Assembly (NCBI GenBank): GCA_964016885.1
Contig: OZ024743.1
Span: forward strand, 81,220,001-81,284,000
Source of the DNA: Eledone cirrhosa
Lineage: Eukaryota
Reading direction: 5' to 3'
DNA: 64,000 nt
This document shows, piece by piece, positions 24,801 to 39,800 of the stretch. Each line of letters begins with the position of its first letter. The first letter of the stretch is position 1. Below the pieces are notes generated by a model. The model was not told the origin of the DNA. It saw nothing but the letters and a program-made list of their open reading frames with translations, and did not search any database. A program made the translations under genes and the position numbers.

Positions 24801-27800
24801 TTGAACCTAACCCAAGTGTCATGTACCAACTGAATCTAACCCAAGTGTCATCTACCAACTGAACATAACCCGAGTGTCATCTACCAACTGAACCTAACCC
24901 GAGTGTCATGTACCAACTGAACCTAACCCGAGTGTCATGTACCAACTGAAACTAACCCGAGTGTCATGTACCAATTGAACCTAACCCAAGTCATCTACCG
25001 ACTTAAACTAACCCAGTTGTCATGTACCAACTGAACCTAAACCAAGTGATATGTACCAACTGAACCTAACCCAAGTGTCATGTACCAACTGAACCTAACC
25101 TGAGTGTCATGTACCAACTGAACCTAACCCGAATGTCATGTACCAACTGAACCTAACCCGAGTGTCATGTACCAATTGAACCTAACCCGAGTGTCATGTA
25201 CCAACTGAACCTAACCCGAGTGTCATGTACCAACTGAACCTAACCCGAATGTCATGTACCAATTGAACATAACCCAAGTGTCATGTACCAAGTGAACCTA
25301 ACCCGAGTTTCATCTACCAATTGAACCTAACCCAAGTGTCATGTACCAAGTGAACCTAACCCGAATGTCATGTACCAACTGAACCTAACCCGAGTGTCAT
25401 GTACCAACTGAACCTAACCCGAATGTCATGTACCAATTGAACATAACCCAAGTGTCATGTACCAACTGAACCTAACGCGAGTTTCATCTACCAATTGAAC
25501 CTAACCCAAGTGTCATGTACCAAGTGAACCTAACCCGAATGTCATGTACCAACTGAACCTAACCCGAGTGTCATGTACCAACTGAACCTAACCCGAATGT
25601 CATGTACCAACTAAACCTAACCTGAGTGTCATGTACCAACTGAACCTAACCTGAATGTCATGTACCAACTCAACCTAACCCGAGTGTCATGTACCAACTG
25701 AACCTAACCCGAGTGTCATGTATCAACTGAACCTAACCCAAATGTCATGTACCAACTGAACCTAACCCGAGTGTCATGTATCAACTAAACCTAACCCGAG
25801 TGGCATGTACCAACTGAACCTAACCCGAATGTCATGTACCAATTGAACATAACCTAAGTGTCATGTACTAACTGAACGTAACCCGAGCGTCATGTACCAA
25901 CTGAACCAAACCCAAGTGTCATGTACCAACTGAACCTAACCCGAATGTCATGTACCAAGTGAACCTAACCCAAGTGTCGTGTACCAACTGAACCTAACCC
26001 GAATGTCATGTACCAACTGAACCTAACCCGAATGTCATGTACCAACTGAACCTAACCCCAGTGTCATGTACCAATTGAACTTAACCCGAGTGTCATGTAC
26101 CGACTTAACCTAACCCGAGTGTCATGTACCAACTGAACCTAACCCAAGTGTCATGTACCAACTGAACCTAACCCGAGTGTCATGTACCAACTGAACCTAA
26201 CCCAAGGGTCATGTACCGACTTAACTTAACCCGAGTGTCATGTTCCAATTGAAACAAACCCGAGTGTCATCTACCAACTGAACCTAACCCAAGTGTCACG
26301 TACCAACTGGACCTAACCCAAGTGTCATCTACCATCTGAACCTAACCCGAGTGTCATCTACTAATTGAACCTAACCCGAGTGTCATGTACCAACTGAAAC
26401 TAACCAAAGTGTCATGTACCAACTGAACGTAACCCAAGTGTCATGTACCAACTGAACCTAACCCAAGTGTCACGTACCAACTGAACCTAACCCAAGTGTC
26501 ATGTACCAACTGAACCTAACCCGAGTGTCATGTACCAACTGAACCTAACCCGAGTGTCATGTACCAACTGAACCTAACCCGAGTGTCATGTACCAACTGA
26601 ACCTAACCTGAATGTCATGTACCAACTGAACCTAACTCAAGTGTCATGTACCAATCGAACCTAACCCAAGTGTCGTCTACCACCTGAACCTAACCCAAGT
26701 GTCACGTACCAACTGAACCTAACCCAAGTGTCACGTACCAACTGAACCTAACCCGAATGTCATGTACCAATTGAACCTAACCCGAATGTCATGTAAAAAA
26801 CTGAACCTAACCCAAGTGTCATGTACCAACTCAACCTAACCCGAGTGTCATGTACCAACTGAACCTAACCCGAATGACATGTACCTGCTGAACCTAACCC
26901 GAGTGTCATCTACCAACTGAATCTAACCCGAGTGTCATGTATCAACTGAACCTAAACCGTGTGTCATCAACCAACTGAAACTAACCCGAGTGTCGTCTAC
27001 CACCTGAACCTAACCCGAATGTCATGTAAAAATTGAACCTAACCCGAGTTTTATGTACCAACTGAACCTAACCCGAATGACATGTACCAGCTGAACCTAA
27101 CCCGAGTGTCATCTACCAACTGAATCTAACCTGAGTGTCATGTACCAACTGCACCTAACCCAAGTGTCATATACCAACTGAACCTAACCTGAATGTCATC
27201 TACCAATTGAACATAACCCAAGTGTCATGTACCAACTGAACCTAACCCGAGTGTCATCTACCAACTGAACCTCACCCGAATGTCATCTACCAATTGAACA
27301 TAACCCAAGTGTCATGTACCAACTGCACCTAACCCAAGTGTCATATACCAACTGAACCTAACCTGAATGTCATCTACCAATTGAACATAACCCAAGTGTC
27401 ATGTACCAACTGAACCTAACCCGAGTGTCATGTACCAACTGAAACCAACCTGAATGTCATCTACCAACTGAACCTAACCCGAGTGTCATGTACCAACTGA
27501 ACCTAAACCGAGTGTCATCAAGCAACTGAACCTAACCTGAATGTCATCAACCAATTGAACATAACCCAAGTGTCATGTACCAACTGAACCTAAACCGTGT
27601 GTCATCAACCAACTGAACCTAACCTGAATGTCATCTACCAATTGAACATAACCCAAGTGTCATGTACCAACTGAACCTAAACCGAGTGTCATCAACCAAC
27701 TGAACCTAACCCGAGTGTCATCTACCAATTGAACATAACCCAAGTGTCATGTACCAACTGAACCTAAACCGAGTGTCATCAACCAACTGAACCTAACCTG

Positions 27801-30800
27801 AATGTCATCTACCAATTGAACATAACCCAAGTGTCATGTACCAACTGAACCTAACCCGAATGTCATGTACCAACTGAAACTAACCAAAGTGTCATGTACC
27901 AACTGAACCTAACCCGAGTGTCATGTACCAACTGAACCTAACCCAAGTGTCATCTACTAACTGAACCTAACCCGAATGTCATGTACCAACTGAACCTAAC
28001 CCGAGTGTCATGTACCAACTGAACCTAACCCGAGTGTCATGTACCAACTGAACCTAACCCGAGTGTCATGTACCAACTGAACCTAACCTGAATGTCATGT
28101 ACCAACTGAACCTAACTCAAGTGTCATGTACCAATCGAACCTAACCCAAGTGTCGTCTACCACCTGAACCTAACCCAAGTGTCACGTACCAACTGAACCT
28201 AACCCAAGTGTCACGTACCAACTGAACCTAACCCGAATGTCATGTACCAATTGAACCTAACCCGAATGTCATGTAAAAAACTGAACCTAACCCAAGTGTC
28301 ATGTACCAACTCAACCTAACCCGAGTGTCATGTACCAACTGAACCTAACCCGAGTGTCATGTACCAATTGAACCTAACCCAAGTGTCATGTACCAACTGA
28401 ATCTAACCCAAGTGTCATCTACCAACTGAACATAACCCGAGTGTCATCTACCAACTGAACCTAACCCGAGTGTCATGTACCAACTGAACCTAACCCGAGT
28501 GTCATGTACCAACTGAACCTAACCTGAATGTCATGTACCAACTGAACCTAACTCAAGTGTCATGTACCAATCGAACTTAACCCGAGTGTCATGTACCGAC
28601 TTAACCTAACCCGAGTGTCATGTACCAACTGAACCTAACCCAAGTGTCATGTACCAACTGAACCTAACCCGAGTGTCATGTACCAACTGAACCTAACCCA
28701 AGGGTCATGTACCGACTTAACTTAACCCGAGTGTCATGTTCCAATTGAAACAAACCCGAGTGTCATCTACCAACTGAACCTAACCCAAGTGTCACGTACC
28801 AACTGGACCTAACCCAAGTGTCATCTACCATCTGAACCTAACCCGAGTGTCATCTACTAATTGAACCTAACCCGAGTGTCATGTACCAACTGAAACTAAC
28901 CAAAGTGTCATGTACCAACTGAACGTAACCCAAGTGTCATGTACCAACTGAACCTAACCCAAGTGTCACGTACCAACTGAACCTAACCCAAGTGTCATGT
29001 ACCAACTGAACCTAACCCGAGTGTCATGTACCAACTGAACCTAACCCGAGTGTCATGTACCAACTGAACCTAACCCGAGTGTCATGTACCAACTGAACCT
29101 AACCTGAATGTCATGTACCAACTGAACCTAACTCAAGTGTCATGTACCAATCGAACCTAACCCAAGTGTCGTCTACCACCTGAACCTAACCCAAGTGTCA
29201 CGTACCAACTGAACCTAACCCAAGTGTCACGTACCAACTGAACCTAACCCGAATGTCATGTACCAATTGAACCTAACCCGAATGTCATGTAAAAAACTGA
29301 ACCTAACCCAAGTGTCATGTACCAACTCAACCTAACCCGAGTGTCATGTACCAACTGAACCTAACCCGAATGACATGTACCTTGCTGAACCTAACCCGAG
29401 TGTCATCTACCAACTGAATCTAACCCGAGTGTCATGTATCAACTGAACCTAAACCGTGTGTCATCAACCAACTGAAACTAACCCGAGTGTCGTCTACCAC
29501 CTGAACCTAACCCGAATGTCATGTAAAAATTGAACCTAACCCGAGTTTTATGTACCAACTGAACCTAACCCGAATGACATGTACCAGCTGAACCTAACCC
29601 GAGTGTCATCTACCAACTGAATCTAACCTGAGTGTCATGTACCAACTGCACCTAACCCAAGTGTCATATACCAACTGAACCTAACCTGAATGTCATCTAC
29701 CAATTGAACATAACCCAAGTGTCATGTACCAACTGAACCTAACCCGAGTGTCATCTACCAACTGAACCTCACCCGAATGTCATCTACCAATTGAACATAA
29801 CCCAAGTGTCATGTACCAACTGCACCTAACCCAAGTGTCATATACCAACTGAACCTAACCTGAATGTCATCTACCAATTGAACATAACCCAAGTGTCATG
29901 TACCAACTGAACCTAACCCGAGTGTCATGTACCAACTGAAACCAACCTGAATGTCATCTACCAACTGAACCTAACCCGAGTGTCATGTACCAACTGAACC
30001 TAAACCGAGTGTCATCAAGCAACTGAACCTAACCTGAATGTCATCAACCAATTGAACATAACCCAAGTGTCATGTACCAACTGAACCTAAACCGTGTGTC
30101 ATCAACCAACTGAACCTAACCTGAATGTCATCTACCAATTGAACATAACCCAAGTGTCATGTACCAACTGAACCTAAACCGAGTGTCATCAACCAACTGA
30201 ACCTAACCCGAGTGTCATCTACCAATTGAACATAACCCAAGTGTCATGTACCAACTGAACCTAAACCGAGTGTCATCAACCAACTGAACCTAACCTGAAT
30301 GTCATCTACCAATTGAACATAACCCAAGTGTCATGTACCAACTGAACCTAACCCGAATGTCATGTACCAACTGAAACTAACCAAAGTGTCATGTACCAAC
30401 TGAACCTAACCCGAGTGTCATGTACCAACTGAACCTAACCCAAGTGTCATCTACTAACTGAACCTAACCCGAATGTCATGTACCAACTGAACCTAACCCG
30501 AGTGTCATGTACCAACTGAACCTAACCCGAGTGTCATGTACCAACTGAACCTAACCCGAGTGTCATGTACCAACTGAACCTAACCTGAATGTCATGTACC
30601 AACTGAACCTAACTCAAGTGTCATGTACCAATCGAACCTAACCCAAGTGTCGTCTACCACCTGAACCTAACCCAAGTGTCACGTACCAACTGAACCTAAC
30701 CCAAGTGTCACGTACCAACTGAACCTAACCCGAATGTCATGTACCAATTGAACCTAACCCGAATGTCATGTAAAAAACTGAACCTAACCCAAGTGTCATG

Positions 30801-33800
30801 TACCAACTCAACCTAACCCGAGTGTCATGTACCAACTGAACCTAACCCGAATGACATGTACCTGCTGAACCTAACCCGAGTGTCATCTACCAACTGAATC
30901 TAACCCGAGTGTCATGTATCAACTGAACCTAAACCGTGTGTCATCAACCAACTGAAACTAACCCGAGTGTCGTCTACCACCTGAACCTAACCCGAATGTC
31001 ATGTAAAAATTGAACCTAACCCGAGTTTTATGTACCAACTGAACCTAACCCGAATGACATGTACCAGCTGAACCTAACCCGAGTGTCATCTACCAACTGA
31101 ATCTAACCTGAGTGTCATGTACCAACTGCACCTAACCCAAGTGTCATATACCAACTGAACCTAACCTGAATGTCATCTACCAATTGAACATAACCCAAGT
31201 GTCATGTACCAACTGAACCTAACCCGAGTGTCATCTACCAACTGAACCTCACCCGAATGTCATCTACCAATTGAACATAACCCAAGTGTCATGTACCAAC
31301 TGCACCTAACCCAAGTGTCATATACCAACTGAACCTAACCTGAATGTCATCTACCAATTGAACATAACCCAAGTGTCATGTACCAACTGAACCTAACCCG
31401 AGTGTCATGTACCAACTGAAACCAACCTGAATGTCATCTACCAACTGAACCTAACCCGAGTGTCATGTACCAACTGAACCTAAACCGTGTGTCATCAACC
31501 AACTGAACCTAACCTGAATGTCATCTACCAATTGAACATAACCCAAGTGTCATGTACCAACTGAACCTAAACCGAGTGTCATCAACCAACTGAACCTAAC
31601 CCGAGTGTCATCTACCAATTGAACATAACCCAAGTGTCATGTACCAACTGAACCTAAACCGAGTGTCATCAACCAACTGAACCTAACCTGAATGTCATCT
31701 ACCAATTGAACATAACCCAAGTGTCATGTACCAACTGAACCTAACCCGAATGTCATGTACCAACTGAAACTAACCAAAGTGTCATGTACCAACTGAACCT
31801 AACCCGAGTGTCATGTACCAACTGAACCTAACCCAAGTGTCATCTACTAACTGAACCTAACCCGAATGTCATGTACCAACTGAACCTAACCCAAGTCTCA
31901 TGTACCAACTGTTCCTAACCCGAATGTCATGTACCAATTGAACATATCCCAAGTGTCATGTACCAACTGAACCTAACCTGAATGTCATGTACCAACTGAA
32001 CCTAACCCAAGTGTCATGTACCAACTGAACCTAACCCGAGTGTCATGTACCAACTGAATCTAACCCGAGTGTCATGTACCAACTGAACCTAACCCGAGTG
32101 TCATGTACCAACTGAACTTAACCCTAGTGTCATCTACCAACTGAACCTAACCCAAGTGTCATGTACCAACTGAATCTAACCCGAGTGTCATGTACCAACT
32201 GAATCTAACCCGAGTGTCATGTACCAACTGAACTTAACCCTAGTGTCATCTACCAACTGAACCTAACCCAAGTGTCATGTACCAACTGAATCTAACCCGA
32301 GTGTCATGTACCAACTGAATCTAACCCGAGTGTCATGTACCAACTGAACTTAACCCTAGTGTCATCTACCAACTGAACCTAACGCGAATGTCATGTACCA
32401 AATAAACCTAACCTGAGTGTCATGTACCAACTGAACCTAACCCGAGTGGCATGTTCCAACTGAACATAACACGAGTGTCGTCTACCACCTGAACCTGACC
32501 CAAGTGTCATGTAACAACTGAACCTAACCAGAATGTTATGTACCAACTGACCCTAACCCAAATGTCATGTACCTACTAAACCTAACCCGATTGTCATGTA
32601 CAAACTGAACCTAACACAAGTGTCATGTACCAACTCAACCTAACCCGAGTGTCATGTAGCAATTGAACAGAACCCAAGTGTCATGTACCAACTGAACCTA
32701 AACCGAGTGTCATCTACCAACTGAACCTAACCTGAGTGTCATCTACCAATTGAACATAACCCAAGTGTCATGTACCAACTGAACCTAAACTGAGTGTCAT
32801 CTACCAACTGAACCTAACCTGAGTGTCATCTACCAATTGAACATAACCCAAGTGTCATGTATCAACCTAACCTAACCCAAATGTCATGTACCAACTGAAC
32901 CTAACCCGAGTGTCATGTATCAACTAAACCTAACCTGCGTGTCATGTACCAGCTGAACCTAACCCGAATGTCATGTACCAACTGTACCTAACCCAAATGT
33001 CATGTACCAATTGAACATAACCCAAGGGTCATGTACCAACTGAACCTAACCCGAGTGTCATGTACCAACTGAACCAAACCCAAGTGTCATGTACCAACTG
33101 AACCTAACCCGAATGTCATGTACCAAGTGAACCTAACCCAAGTGTCGTGTACCAACTGAACCGAGCCCGAATGTCATGTACCAACTGAACCTAACCCGAA
33201 TGTCATGTACCAACTGAACCTAACCCCAGTGTCATGTACCAATTGAACTTAACCCGAGTGTCATGTACCGACTTAACCTAACGCGAGTGTCATGTACCAA
33301 CTGAACCTAACCCGAGTGTCATCTACCAACTGAACCTAACGCGAATGTCATGTACCAAATAAACCTAACCTGAGTGTCATGTACCAACTGAACCTAACCC
33401 GAGTGTCATGTACCAACTGAACCTAACCCAAGTGTCATCTACCAACTGAACCTAACCCGAATGTCATCTACCAACTGAACCTAACCTGAGTGTCATGTAC
33501 CAACTGAACCTAACCCAAGTGTCATGTACCAACTGAACCTAACCCGAGTGTCATGTACCTACTAAACCTAACCCGATTGTCATGTACAAACTGAACCTAA
33601 CACAAGTGTCATGTACCAACTCAACCTAACCCGAGTGTCATCTACCAATTGAACATAACCCGTATGTCATCTACTAATTGAACATAACCCAAGTGTCATG
33701 TACCAACTAAACTTAACCTGAGTGTCATGTACTTTCTGAACCTAACCCGAATGTCATGTACCAACTGAACCTAACCCGAATGTCATCTACCAATTGAACA

Positions 33801-36800
33801 TAACCAGAGTGTCATGTACCAACTGAATGTAACACGAATGTCATGTACCAACTGAACCTAATCCGAGTGTCATGTACCAACTGAACCTAACCCAAGTGTC
33901 ATGTACCAACTGAACCTAACCCGAGTGTCATGTACCAACTGAACCTAACCCGAGTGTCATGTACCAACTGAACCAAACCCAAGTGTCATGTACCAACTGA
34001 ACCTAACCCGAATGTCATGTACCAAGTGAACCTAACCCAAGTGTCGTGTACCAACTGAACCTAGCCCGAATGTCATGTACCAACTGAACCTAACCCGAAT
34101 GTCATGTACCAACTGAACCTAACCCCAGTGTCATGTACCAATTGAACTTAACCCGAGTGTCATGTACCGACTTAACCTAACGCGAGTGTCATGTACCAAC
34201 TGAACCTAACCCGAGTGTCATCTACCAACTGAACCTAACGCGAATGTCATGTACCAAATAAACCTAACCTGAGTGTCAGGTACCAACTGAACCTAACCCG
34301 AGTGTCATGTACCAACTGAACCTAACCCAAGTGTCATCTACCAACTGAACCTAACCCGAGTGTCATGTACCTACTAAACCTAACCCGATTGTCATGTACA
34401 AACTGAACCTAACACAAGTGTCATGTACCTAACCCGAGTGTCATGTACCAATTGAACATAACCCGTATGTCATCTACCAACTGAACCTATCCCTAATGTC
34501 ATCTACGAATTGAACATAACCCAAGTGTCATGTACCAACTAAACTTAACCTGAGTGTCATGTACTTTCTGAACCTAACCCGAATGTCATGTACCAACTGC
34601 ACCTAACCCGAATGTCATCTACCAATTGAACATAACCAGAGTGTCATGTACCAACTGAATGTAACACGAATGTCATGTACCAACTGAACCTAATCCGAGT
34701 GTCATGTACCAACTGAACCTAACCCAAGTGTCATGTACCAACTGAACCTAACCCGAGTGTCATGTACCAACTGAACCTAACCCGAGTGTCATGTACCAAC
34801 TGAACCTAACCCGAGTGTCATGTACCAACTGAACCTAACCCAAGTGTCATGTACCAACTAAACCTAACCCGAATGTCATGTACCAACTGAACCTAAACCA
34901 AGTGTCACGTACCAACTGAACCTAACACGAATGTCATGTACCAACTGAACCTAACCCAAGTGTCATATACCAAGTGAACCTAACCCGAATGTCATGTACC
35001 AACTGAACCTAACCCAATTGTCATGTACCAGCTGAACCTAACCCAAGTGTCATGTACCAAGTGAACCTAACCCGAATGTCATGTACCAACTGAACCTAAC
35101 CCAATTGTCATGTACCAACTGAACCTAACCCAAGTGTCACGTACCAACTGAACCTAACACGAATGTCATGTACCAACTGAACCTAATCCAAGTGTCATGT
35201 ACCAACTGAACCTAACCCAAGTGTCATGTACCAACTGAACCTAACCCAAGTGTCATGTACCAAGTGAACCTAACCCGAATGTCATCTACCAATTGAACAT
35301 AACCCGAATGTCATGTACCAACTGAATGTAACACGAATGTCATGTACCAACTGAACCTAACCCGAGTGTCATGTACCAACTGAACCTAACCCGAATGTCA
35401 TGTACCAACTGAACCTAACCGGAGTGTCATGTACCAATTGAACCTAACCCAAGTGTCATGTACCGAATTAAACTAACCCAAGTGTCATGTACCAACTGAA
35501 CCTAACCCAAGTGTCATCTACCAACTGAACCTAACCCGAATGTCATGTACCAACTGAACCTAACCCGAGTGTCATGTACCAATTGAACCTAACCCGAGTG
35601 TCATGTACCAACTGAACCTAACCCGAATATCATGTACCAACTGAACCTAACCCAAGTGTCATGTACCAATTGAACCTAACCCGAGTGTCATGTACCAGCT
35701 GAACCTAACCCGAATGTCATGTACTAAATGAACATAACCCAACTGTCATCTACCAACTGAACCTAACCCGAGTGTCATGTACCAACTGAACCTAACCTGA
35801 ATGTCATGTACCTACTGAACCTAACCCAAGTGTCATGTACCAACTGAACCTAACCTGAATGTCATGTACCTACTGAACCTAACCCAAGTGTCATCTACTA
35901 ATTGCACCTAATCCAAATATCATGTACCAACTGAACCTAATGCAAGTGTCATGTACCAACTGCACCTAACCCAAGTGTCATATACCAACTGAACCTAACC
36001 TGAATGTCATCTACCAATTGAACATAACCCAAGTGTCATGTACCAACTGAACCTAACCCGAGTGTCATCTACCAACTGAACCTCACCCGAATGTCATCTA
36101 CCAATTGAACATAACCCAAGTGTCATGTACCAACTGCACCTAACCCAAGTGTCATATACCAACTGAACCTAACCTGAATGTCATCTACCAATTGAACATA
36201 ACCCAAGTGTCATGTACCAACTGAACCTAACCCGAGTGTCATGTACCAACTGAATGTAACACGAATGTCATGTACCAACTGAACCTAATCCGAGTGTCAT
36301 GTACCAACTGAACCTAACCCAAGTGTCATGTACCAACTGAACCTAACCCGAGTGTCATGTACCAACTGAACCTAACCCGAGTGTCATGTACCAACTGAAC
36401 CAAACCCAAGTGTCATGTACCAACTGAACCTAACCCGAATGTCATGTACCAAGTGAACCTAACCCAAGTGTCATGTACCAACTGAACCTAAACCGAGTGT
36501 CATCAACCAACTGAACCTAACCCGAGTGTCATCTACCAATTGAACATAACCCAAGTGTCATGTACCAACTGAACCTAAACCGAGTGTCATCAACCAACTG
36601 AACCTAACCTGAATGTCATCTACCAATTGAACATAACCCAAGTGTCATGTACCAACTGAACCTAACCCGAATGTCATGTACCAACTGAAACTAACCAAAG
36701 TGTCATGTACCAACTGAACCTAACCCGAGTGTCATGTACCAACTGAACCTAACCCAAGTGTCATCTACTAACTGAACCTAACCCGAATGTCATGTACCAA

Positions 36801-39800
36801 CTGAACCTAACCCAAGTCTCATGTACCAACTGTTCCTAACCCGAATGTCATGTACCAATTGAACATATCCCAAGTGTCATGTACCAACTGAACCTAACCT
36901 GAATGTCATGTACCAACTGAACCTAACCCAAGTGTCATGTACCAACTGAACCTAACCCGAGTGTCATGTACCAACTGAATCTAACCCGAGTGTCATGTAC
37001 CAACTGAACCTAACCCGAGTGTCATGTACCAACTGAACTTAACCCTAGTGTCATCTACCAACTGAACCTAACCCAAGTGTCATGTACCAACTGAATCTAA
37101 CCCGAGTGTCATGTACCAACTGAATCTAACCCGAGTGTCATGTACCAACTGAACTTAACCCTAGTGTCATCTACCAACTGAACCTAACCCAAGTGTCATG
37201 TACCAACTGAATCTAACCCGAGTGTCATGTACCAACTGAATCTAACCCGAGTGTCATGTACCAACTGAACTTAACCCTAGTGTCATCTACCAACTAAACC
37301 TAATGCGAATGTCATGTACCAAATAAACCTAACCTGAGTGTCATGTACCAACTGAACCTAACCCGAGTGGCATGTTCCAACTGAACATAACACGAGTGTC
37401 GTCTACCACCTGAACCTGACCCAAGTGTCATGTAACAACTGAACCTAACCAGAATGTTATGTACCAACTGACCCTAACCCAAATGTCATGTACCTACTAA
37501 ACCTAACCCGATTGTCATGTACAAACTGAACCTAACACAAGTGTCATGTACCAACTCAACCTAACCCGAGTGTCATGTAGCAATTGAACAGAACCCAAGT
37601 GTCATGTACCAACTGAACCTAAACCGAGTGTCATCTACCAACTGAACCTAACCTGAGTGTCATCTACCAATTGAACATAACCCAAGTGTCATGTACCAAC
37701 TGAACCTAAACTGAGTGTCATCTACCAACTGAACCTAACCTGAGTGTCATCTACCAATTGAACATAACCCAAGTGTCATGTATCAACCTAACCTAACCCA
37801 AATGTCATGTACCAACTGAACCTAACCCGAGTGTCATGTATCAACTAAACCTAACCTGCGTGTCATGTACCAGCTGAACCTAACCCGAATGTCATGTACC
37901 AACTGTACCTAACCCAAATGTCATGTACCAATTGAACATAACCCAAGGGTCATGTACCAACTGAACCTAACCCGAGTGTCATGTACCAACTGAACCAAAC
38001 CCAAGTGTCATGTACCAACTGAACCTAACCCGAATGTCATGTACCAAGTGAACCTAACCCAAGTGTCGTGTACCAACTGAACCGAGCCCGAATGTCATGT
38101 ACCAACTGAACCTAACCCGAATGTCATGTACCAACTGAACCTAACACCAGTGTCATGTACCAATTGAACTTAACCCGAGTGTCATGTACCGACTTAACCT
38201 AACGCGAGTGTCATGTACCAACTGAACCTAACCCGAGTGTCATCTACCAACTGAACCTAACGCGAATGTCATGTACCAAATAAACCTAACCTGAGTGTCA
38301 TGTACCAACTGAACCTAACCCGAGTGTCATGTACCAACTGAACCTAACCCAAGTGTCATCTACCAACTGAACCTAACCCGAATGTCATCTACCAACTGAA
38401 CCTAACCTGAGTGTCATGTACCAACTGAACCTAACCCAAGTGTCATGTACCAACTGAACCTAACCCGAGTGTCATGTACCTACTAAACCTAACCCGATTG
38501 TCATGTACAAACTGAACCTAACACAAGTGTCATGTACCAACTCAACCTAACCCGAGTGTCATCTACCAATTGAACATAACCCGTATGTCATCTACTAATT
38601 GAACATAACCCAAGTGTCATGTACCAACTAAACTTAACCTGAGTGTCATGTACTTTCTGAACCTAACCCGAATGTCATGTACCAACTGAACCTAACCCGA
38701 ATGTCATCTACCAATTGAACATAACCAGAGTGTCATGTACCAACTGAATGTAACACGAATGTCATGTACCAACTGAACCTAATCCGAGTGTCATGTACCA
38801 ACTGAACCTAACCCAAGTGTCATGTACCAACTGAACCTAACCCGAGTGTCATGTACCAACTGAACCTAACCCGAGTGTCATGTACCAACTGAACCAAACC
38901 CAAGTGTCATGTACCAACTGAACCTAACCCGAATGTCATGTACCAAGTGAACCTAACCCAAGTGTCGTGTACCAACTGAACCTAGCCCGAATGTCATGTA
39001 CCAACTGAACCTAACCCGAATGTCATGTACCAACTGAACCTAACCCCAGTGTCATGTACCAATTGAACTTAACCCGAGTGTCATGTACCGACTTAACCTA
39101 ACGCGAGTGTCATGTACCAACTGAACCTAACCCGAGTGTCATCTACCAACTGAACCTAACGCGAATGTCATGTACCAAATAAACCTAACCTGAGTGTCAG
39201 GTACCAACTGAACCTAACCCGAGTGTCATGTACCAACTGAACCTAACCCAAGTGTCATCTACCAACTGAACCTAACCCGAGTGTCATGTACCTACTAAAC
39301 CTAACCCGATTGTCATGTACAAACTGAACCTAACACAAGTGTCATGTACCTAACCCGAGTGTCATGTACCAATTGAACATAACCCGTATGTCATCTACCA
39401 ACTGAACCTATCCCTAATGTCATCTACGAATTGAACATAACCCAAGTGTCATGTACCAACTAAACTTAACCTGAGTGTCATGTACTTTCTGAACCTAACC
39501 CGAATGTCATGTACCAACTGCACCTAACCCGAATGTCATCTACCAATTGAACATAACCAGAGTGTCATGTACCAACTGAATGTAACACGAATGTCATGTA
39601 CCAACTGAACCTAATCCGAGTGTCATGTACCAACTGAACCTAACCCAAGTGTCATGTACCAACTGAACCTAACCCGAGTGTCATGTACCAACTGAACCTA
39701 ACCCGAGTGTCATGTACCAACTGAACCTAACCCGAGTGTCATGTACCAACTGAACCTAACCCAAGTGTCATGTACCAACTAAACCTAACCCGAATGTCAT

